Part shown: positions 7,809 to 12,043 of the stretch, piece by piece
Layout: the number at the start of each line of letters is the position of its first letter
Numbering within the stretch: the stretch's first letter is position 1
Origin: Gemmatimonadota bacterium
GTDB taxonomy: Bacteria > Gemmatimonadota > Gemmatimonadetes > Gemmatimonadales > GWC2-71-9
Assembly (NCBI GenBank): GCA_036679645.1
Contig: JAZDCY010000021.1
Location: 1 to 12,043, forward strand
Length of the DNA stretch: 12,043 bases
Direction: 5' to 3'
Position numbers and translations under genes: made by a program
Notes under the pieces: model-generated
What the model was told of the DNA's origin: nothing
The model's database searches: none
The model's input: only the letters and a program-made list of their open reading frames with translations

Positions 7809-9313
7809 GGCGCTATCGGTTCCAACACGATGTTGGTGAGTCGCAGCTCCTCGCCCGACGTCACCTGTACCGTCCGCTCGAACGCGACGAACCCATCGCG
7901 TTCGATCCGAATCACGTGCCTACCGGGCGGGACCGCGATATTCGCGCGCGGTGTGTTTCCGATCTGGCGGCCGTCGACGAACAGGACGCCCCACGGACGC
8001 GAACTCACGAAGAGTGTTGCGGGACTGCTGCTAACCGGCCGTGACTCCCGGGCCGGTGCTCGCTCTGGAGTTGGAGTAACCGGTCGCCGCGTTAGCGAGT
8101 CTGCTACCGCCGGTGTGACGATGGCGGGCGGAGGCGTGGGTTCGTCGAGCGTGGGCCGTGCGAACCGGGGCATTGGTGCCGGTGCGGGGTCGGCGTCGGC
8201 GAACAGCCTCGCAATGCGCGGGTCGCGCAGCCCGGTAACCACGGTGGCTGCGGCGGCAGCGACGAGCAGGACGACCGTCAACACCTTCCATGGGACTCGT
8301 GATCGAGATCTCGGGACGGTGACCACTGACGGGGACCGGCTGGGCCGCTCGCCTGCCAGGAGACCGGAATTCGCCACGTCTCCTCCCGAGAGGACAGCGA
8401 CGAAATCCAGGACGCTCTTGTGGCGACCCGACGGTTCCCGCGAAAGGGCCCGCTCGACGGCGTCAGCCACTGCTGGGGCCATTCGATCACGGCGGATGGA
8501 GAGAGGTGGGGGCGTATCCGGCACGTCCGTCTGGAGATCTGGGTCTGGGTTCCACGACGGACGAACGGACGCGCCGGTCAGGAACATATGCGCCACGGCG
8601 GCGAGGGAGAATTGGTCGGCGACAGGGCCGACGTGGCGCCGGTCGAACTGCTCCGGTGCCATGAACCCCGGCGAAAGCAGGCGCCGCCACTCAGGTGCCG
8701 CGCCACCCGCGCGCGCCACACTATGAATGATCCCCACATCACTCAGCCGCGCCCATCCCTCAGCATCCACCAGGATATTCGAAGGCTTCACATCCCCGTG
8801 GACCACCCCGTGCCGATGGACGTATTCCAGTCCGCTGGCGAGCTGTTCGAGCAGCTCGAGGCACGGCTCGAGTTCCATGGCCCCCGCGTCCTGCAATACG
8901 GCAGTCAGGGTACGTCCCTTCATCGCATCCATGGAGTACCAGAGCAGCGAACGCGACAGGCCGTACTTCAACACCGGGACGATGTGCGGGTGGCGAAGAC
9001 CCATTGCCGCCACTGCCGATTGCTCGAATCGCTGCAGCACCTCCCCGTCCACCGGGCCGGGAAGTGGCAGGAGGCGGAGCGATACGAGCCGTTCCTCTTC
9101 CAGATCGCGGGCCAGGTAGAGGATCGAGCGCGCCTCCCGTCGCAGGAGTACCTGGAACTGGAAGCGGCCCTCCAGCTCGCTCTGAATTGTCTCCTGGATC
9201 TCGTCGGCGATTGGCTGTTGGACGATCACGCCGCCCGCCGCAGAGTATCCGCAGACCGGACACTTCTGAGACTCTTCGGAGATTTGCGCAACCGAACAAC
9301 GTGGACAGATCAT
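7805..9313 (-). CDS. Hanks-type Ser/Thr kinase-like membrane protein (zinc ribbon - kinase - TM - Pro-rich linker - PEGA), probably a pseudokinase
   Basis: CPRC-x11-CPVC at the N-terminus. Kinase subdomains LRHPHIVPV, HGDVKPSNILV, FMAPEQ, ADQFSLA, ALSREPSGR. TM WKVLTVVLLVAAAAATVVTGL. PEGA signature LFVSSRPWGVLFVDGRQIGNTP...VPPGRHVIRIERDGF. SD-like AAAGGT. Confidence 0.92.
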   Translation of the reverse strand: MICPRCSVAQISEESQKCPVCGYSAAGGVIVQQPIADEIQETIQSELEGRFQFQVLLRREARSILYLARDLEEERLVSLRLLPLPGPVDGEVLQRFEQSAVAAMGLRHPHIVPVLKYGLSRSLLWYSMDAMKGRTLTAVLQDAGAMELEPCLELLEQLASGLEYVHRHGVVHGDVKPSNILVDAEGWARLSDVGIIHSVARAGGAAPEWRRLLSPGFMAPEQFDRRHVGPVADQFSLAAVAHMFLTGASVRPSWNPDPDLQTDVPDTPPPLSIRRDRMAPAVADAVERALSREPSGRHKSVLDFVAVLSGGDVANSGLLAGERPSRSPSVVTVPRSRSRVPWKVLTVVLLVAAAAATVVTGLRDPRIARLFADADPAPAPMPRFARPTLDEPTPPPAIVTPAVADSLTRRPVTPTPERAPARESRPVSSSPATLFVSSRPWGVLFVDGRQIGNTPRANIAVPPGRHVIRIERDGFVAFERTVQVTSGEELRLTNIVLEPIAP

Positions 9314-9389
9314 GGTGACCTTTCAGCCGGCAAATCTAATACCGTTGCCCTGGAAGCGTGTGCCGGGTCACGGTCCACATCAAAGTAGC

Positions 9390-9464
9390 CTCTGCGCGCT
9401 CTACGGTAAGAGAACACCAGCTGCTCGTCGAGCGCGGTGATGTTTCGCCGCGGAGAGCGCAGAG
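9390..9464. repeat. Long imperfect intergenic inverted repeat (REP-like hairpin)
   Basis: CTCTGCGC (9390-9397) pairs with GCGCAGAG (9457-9464). The stem continues through CTCT/GGAG, CGG/CCG, CACC/GGTG and GCTC/GAGC. Confidence 0.6.
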
Positions 9465-9482
9465 ATGGGCTTCCTGAACTCA

Positions 9483-12043
9483 CTAGTTGTTTGGTGCACC
9501 GTTGCGAACCCAGGCGCGCACGATATCCCGCGTGCCGGCGCCGAGCACTCCCGCCGGAGGCATGTCACCGCTGCACGTGCCGAGTGTTCCACCGTCCATC
9601 CGAACGATCAGCACGCTACTCGCTTCGCTCGAGGCGACCACACGCACCTCGCCGGCATCGCACGATGCCGTAACCCCAACCAGAGCCGCGCGCGTGCTCG
9701 TGGGTGTTCCCTGGAGGTCGAGGCTGCCGTTCGCGATCACGTCTCCGTGGCAACTTGTGCAGTTCGCATCCCAGATGGGCTGCACGTGAGTAGCGTAGGA
9801 GTAGTTGGATGTTGCATTAAATGTGACTGCTCCGGCACCCGCTGTAGTTGCGTTCAGGGAATTGGCGAACGTGCCTGTACCCGACATAGTAGACCCGTCA
9901 CCCAGCGCCCAGGAGGTAGCGGTCGCGATCCCGCTCGCGTTGGTCGCCTGCACAGCATCCACCACCCCACCCCCGCCCGTGGCAACGGCGAAGGTGACCG
10001 ATTCACCGCTCACCGGGTTGCCGACTCCATCCTCGACGAGCACCGACGGTGCGGTGGCTACGTTCGCATCTACGAGAGCGGCCTGCCCGTCGCCGAGATC
10101 GATCGATATCGACGCCGCCGTTCCCGCCGAGAGCGTAATCGTGCCCGACGCGACGGTGCCTAGCCCCGTCGCGGCGAACGAGAGTGTGTAGCCACCCACC
10201 AAGCCCGTAATCGCAAACCCCGAGAACGTTGCGCTCCCATCGGTAAGGGTGGTGGCGGTCCCATTCGCGAGGGACGGTGTGCCACCGGGGTTCGTCAGAA
10301 TCGTCGCCGTGACCAACACACCCAGTTGGCTCACGGCGTTTCCTGTTCCGTCCTGCACCTGGATCACCGGCTGTTGGGTAAGCGCGATGCCACTCTGCCC
10401 CGCTGCCGATGGTGCCGTCGTGATACCCAACTGCGCCGCGGTACCCGCCGACAGGGTGATGGTCCCGGAGGTCGCCAATGTGAATCCGCCGCCAGCGAAG
10501 TTGAGCGTGTAGCCGCCGATCAACCCCGTTATGGCCAGCCCAGCGAAGGTCGCGCTGCCGTCAGCGAGAGTCGTGGCCGACGCACTGGTGAGACTCGGCG
10601 TGCCACCGGGATTGGTATTGATCGTCGCGGTGATGAGGGTGCCCAATTGGCTCACCGCATTCCCCGCGTTGTCCTGTACCTGGACGACCGGCTGTTGAGT
10701 CAGCGCGATCCCGCTTTGCCCAGCGGCCGATGGTGCCGTCGTGATGCCGAGCTGGGCCGCGGTCCCGGCTGACAACGTGATCGTACCCGACGTCGCAATC
10801 GTGAACCCGCCACCAGCGAAGTCGAGTGTGTAGCCACCGATCAAGCCCGTGATCGCCAGCCCCGCGAACGTGGCACTCCCATCCGCGATGGTGGTGGCCG
10901 TCGCACTCGCCAGGCTCGGCGTGCCACCCGGATTGGTATTGATCGTCGCGGTGATGAGGGTGCCCAATTGGCTCACCGCATTCCCCGCCCCATCCTGCAC
11001 CTGGACGACCGGCTGCTGCACGAGGGCGATGCCGCTCTGTCCGGCTGCCGATGGTGCCGTCGTGATACCCAACTGCGCCGCGGTCCCGGCCGACAGCGTG
11101 ATCGTCCCCGAGGTCGCCGTCGTGAGCACGCCGTCGTCGAAGTCGAGCGTGTAGCCGCCGATGAGACCCGTGATCGCGAGCCCCGCGAACGTCGCGCTAC
11201 CATCGGCTATCGTCGTGGCCGTGGCACTTGTTAGACTTGGGCTCCCACCCGGATTGGCGTTGATGGTCGCCGTAATCAGCGTCCCCAGCTGGGCTACAGC
11301 ATTCCCCGCCCCATCCTGTACCTGAATGACAGGCTGTGTGGTAAGCGCAATGCCGCTCTGGCCGGTACTCGAGGGGGCGGTCGTGATACCCAACTGCGCC
11401 GCGGTGCCAGCCGAGAGCGTGATCGTTCCCGACGTCGCCGTCGTGAGCACGCCGTCGTCGAAGTCGAGCGTGTAGCCGCCGATGAGACCTGTGATCGCGA
11501 GCCCCGCGAACGTCGCGCTACCATCGGCTATCGTGGTCGCCGTAGCACTCGTGAGACTTGGGCTCCCACCCGGATTGGCGTTGATAGTCGCCGTGATTAG
11601 CGTCCCTAGCTGGGCTACAGCATTCCCCGCCCCATCCTGTACCTGAATGACAGGCTGTGTGGTAAGCGCGATGCCGCTCTGGCTGGTACTCGAGGGGGCG
11701 GTCGTGATCCCTAACTGCGCCGCGGTGCCAGCCGAGAGCGTGATCGTTCCCGACGTCGCCGTCGTGAGCACGCCGTCGTCGAAGTCGAGCGTGTAGCCAC
11801 CGATCAAGCCCGTGATCGCCAGCCCCGCGAACGTGGCACTCCCATCCGCGATGGTGGTGGCGGTCGCACTCGCCAGGCTCGGCGTGCCACCCGGATTGGT
11901 ATTGATCGTCGCGGTGATGAGGGTGCCCAATTGGCTCACCGCATTCCCCGCATTGTCCTGTACCTGGACGACCGGCTGCTGAGTCAGCGCGATTCCGCTT
12001 TGGCCGGTACTCGAGGGGGCGGCTGTTATCCCTAACTGCGCCG
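9483..12043 (-). CDS. Large surface protein (5'-partial): tandem Ig-like repeats, Big_1-like domain and C-terminal monoheme c-type cytochrome domain
   Basis: The frame stays open past the ORF-track start at 11939 to the window edge (AQLGITAAPSSTGQSGIALTQQPVVQVQDNAGNAVSQ...). Repeats carry QPVxQVQDxxGNxV and GSATFxGLxITGxxGxYTLxF. C-terminal region has VQPIWDANCTSCH...MPP...IVRAWVRNGA. Confidence 0.92.
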   Translation of the reverse strand, partial: AQLGITAAPSSTGQSGIALTQQPVVQVQDNAGNAVSQLGTLITATINTNPGGTPSLASATATTIADGSATFAGLAITGLIGGYTLDFDDGVLTTATSGTITLSAGTAAQLGITTAPSSTSQSGIALTTQPVIQVQDGAGNAVAQLGTLITATINANPGGSPSLTSATATTIADGSATFAGLAITGLIGGYTLDFDDGVLTTATSGTITLSAGTAAQLGITTAPSSTGQSGIALTTQPVIQVQDGAGNAVAQLGTLITATINANPGGSPSLTSATATTIADGSATFAGLAITGLIGGYTLDFDDGVLTTATSGTITLSAGTAAQLGITTAPSAAGQSGIALVQQPVVQVQDGAGNAVSQLGTLITATINTNPGGTPSLASATATTIADGSATFAGLAITGLIGGYTLDFAGGGFTIATSGTITLSAGTAAQLGITTAPSAAGQSGIALTQQPVVQVQDNAGNAVSQLGTLITATINTNPGGTPSLTSASATTLADGSATFAGLAITGLIGGYTLNFAGGGFTLATSGTITLSAGTAAQLGITTAPSAAGQSGIALTQQPVIQVQDGTGNAVSQLGVLVTATILTNPGGTPSLANGTATTLTDGSATFSGFAITGLVGGYTLSFAATGLGTVASGTITLSAGTAASISIDLGDGQAALVDANVATAPSVLVEDGVGNPVSGESVTFAVATGGGGVVDAVQATNASGIATATSWALGDGSTMSGTGTFANSLNATTAGAGAVTFNATSNYSYATHVQPIWDANCTSCHGDVIANGSLDLQGTPTSTRAALVGVTASCDAGEVRVVASSEASSVLIVRMDGGTLGTCSGDMPPAGVLGAGTRDIVRAWVRNGAPNN
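10114..12043 (-). repeat. Intragenic tandem array of at least six 321-bp (107-aa) units
   Basis: The anchor encoding AQL recurs at 10429, 10750, 11071, 11392, 11713 and 12034, exactly 321 bp apart. Confidence 0.95.

Noticed and set aside
6158..10772. + strand ORFs 6158-6778, 6886-7623, 7749-8726, 8420-9388, 9465-10163, 10326-10772
   Set aside because: Arg/Ser/Ala-rich shadow frames of the - strand genes, with no domain evidence.
10114..12043. Repeat array as CRISPR, or as DGR template/variable repeats
   Set aside because: Units are 321-bp in-frame coding repeats without unique spacers. Differences are largely synonymous or conservative and not visibly adenine-specific. No cas or reverse transcriptase gene is in the window.
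9483..12043. Multiheme nanowire interpretation
   Set aside because: Only one CxxCH is present in the visible portion, and the repeats contain no Cys or His.

Overview
GC-rich bacterial window with gene content typical of Gemmatimonadota (inferred, not searched). On the + strand are an alpha/beta hydrolase (the N-terminal domain of the hydrolase/OsmC fusion family, here without OsmC) and a translationally coupled small six-Cys membrane-anchored protein. Converging on them from the - strand is a run of cell-envelope genes. In transcription order these are: (1) a 5'-truncated large protein with at least six 107-aa (321-bp) Ig-like tandem repeats, one Big_1-like domain and a C-terminal CxxCH c-type cytochrome domain; (2) a zinc-ribbon/Hanks-kinase/TM/PEGA protein with degenerate catalytic motifs (probable pseudokinase); (3) a secreted TPR-like + FlgD-Ig-like protein with a glycine-rich hydrophobic hairpin; (4) a small predicted outer-membrane beta-barrel; (5) a SusC/SusD pair. 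The most interesting signals are the cytochrome-on-an-Ig-stalk protein, the coupled pseudokinase/TPR/barrel cassette that may form a trans-envelope system, and the mosaic structure of the repeats. No rRNA, tRNA, CRISPR array or transposase was seen. All domain calls come from motif recognition by eye.
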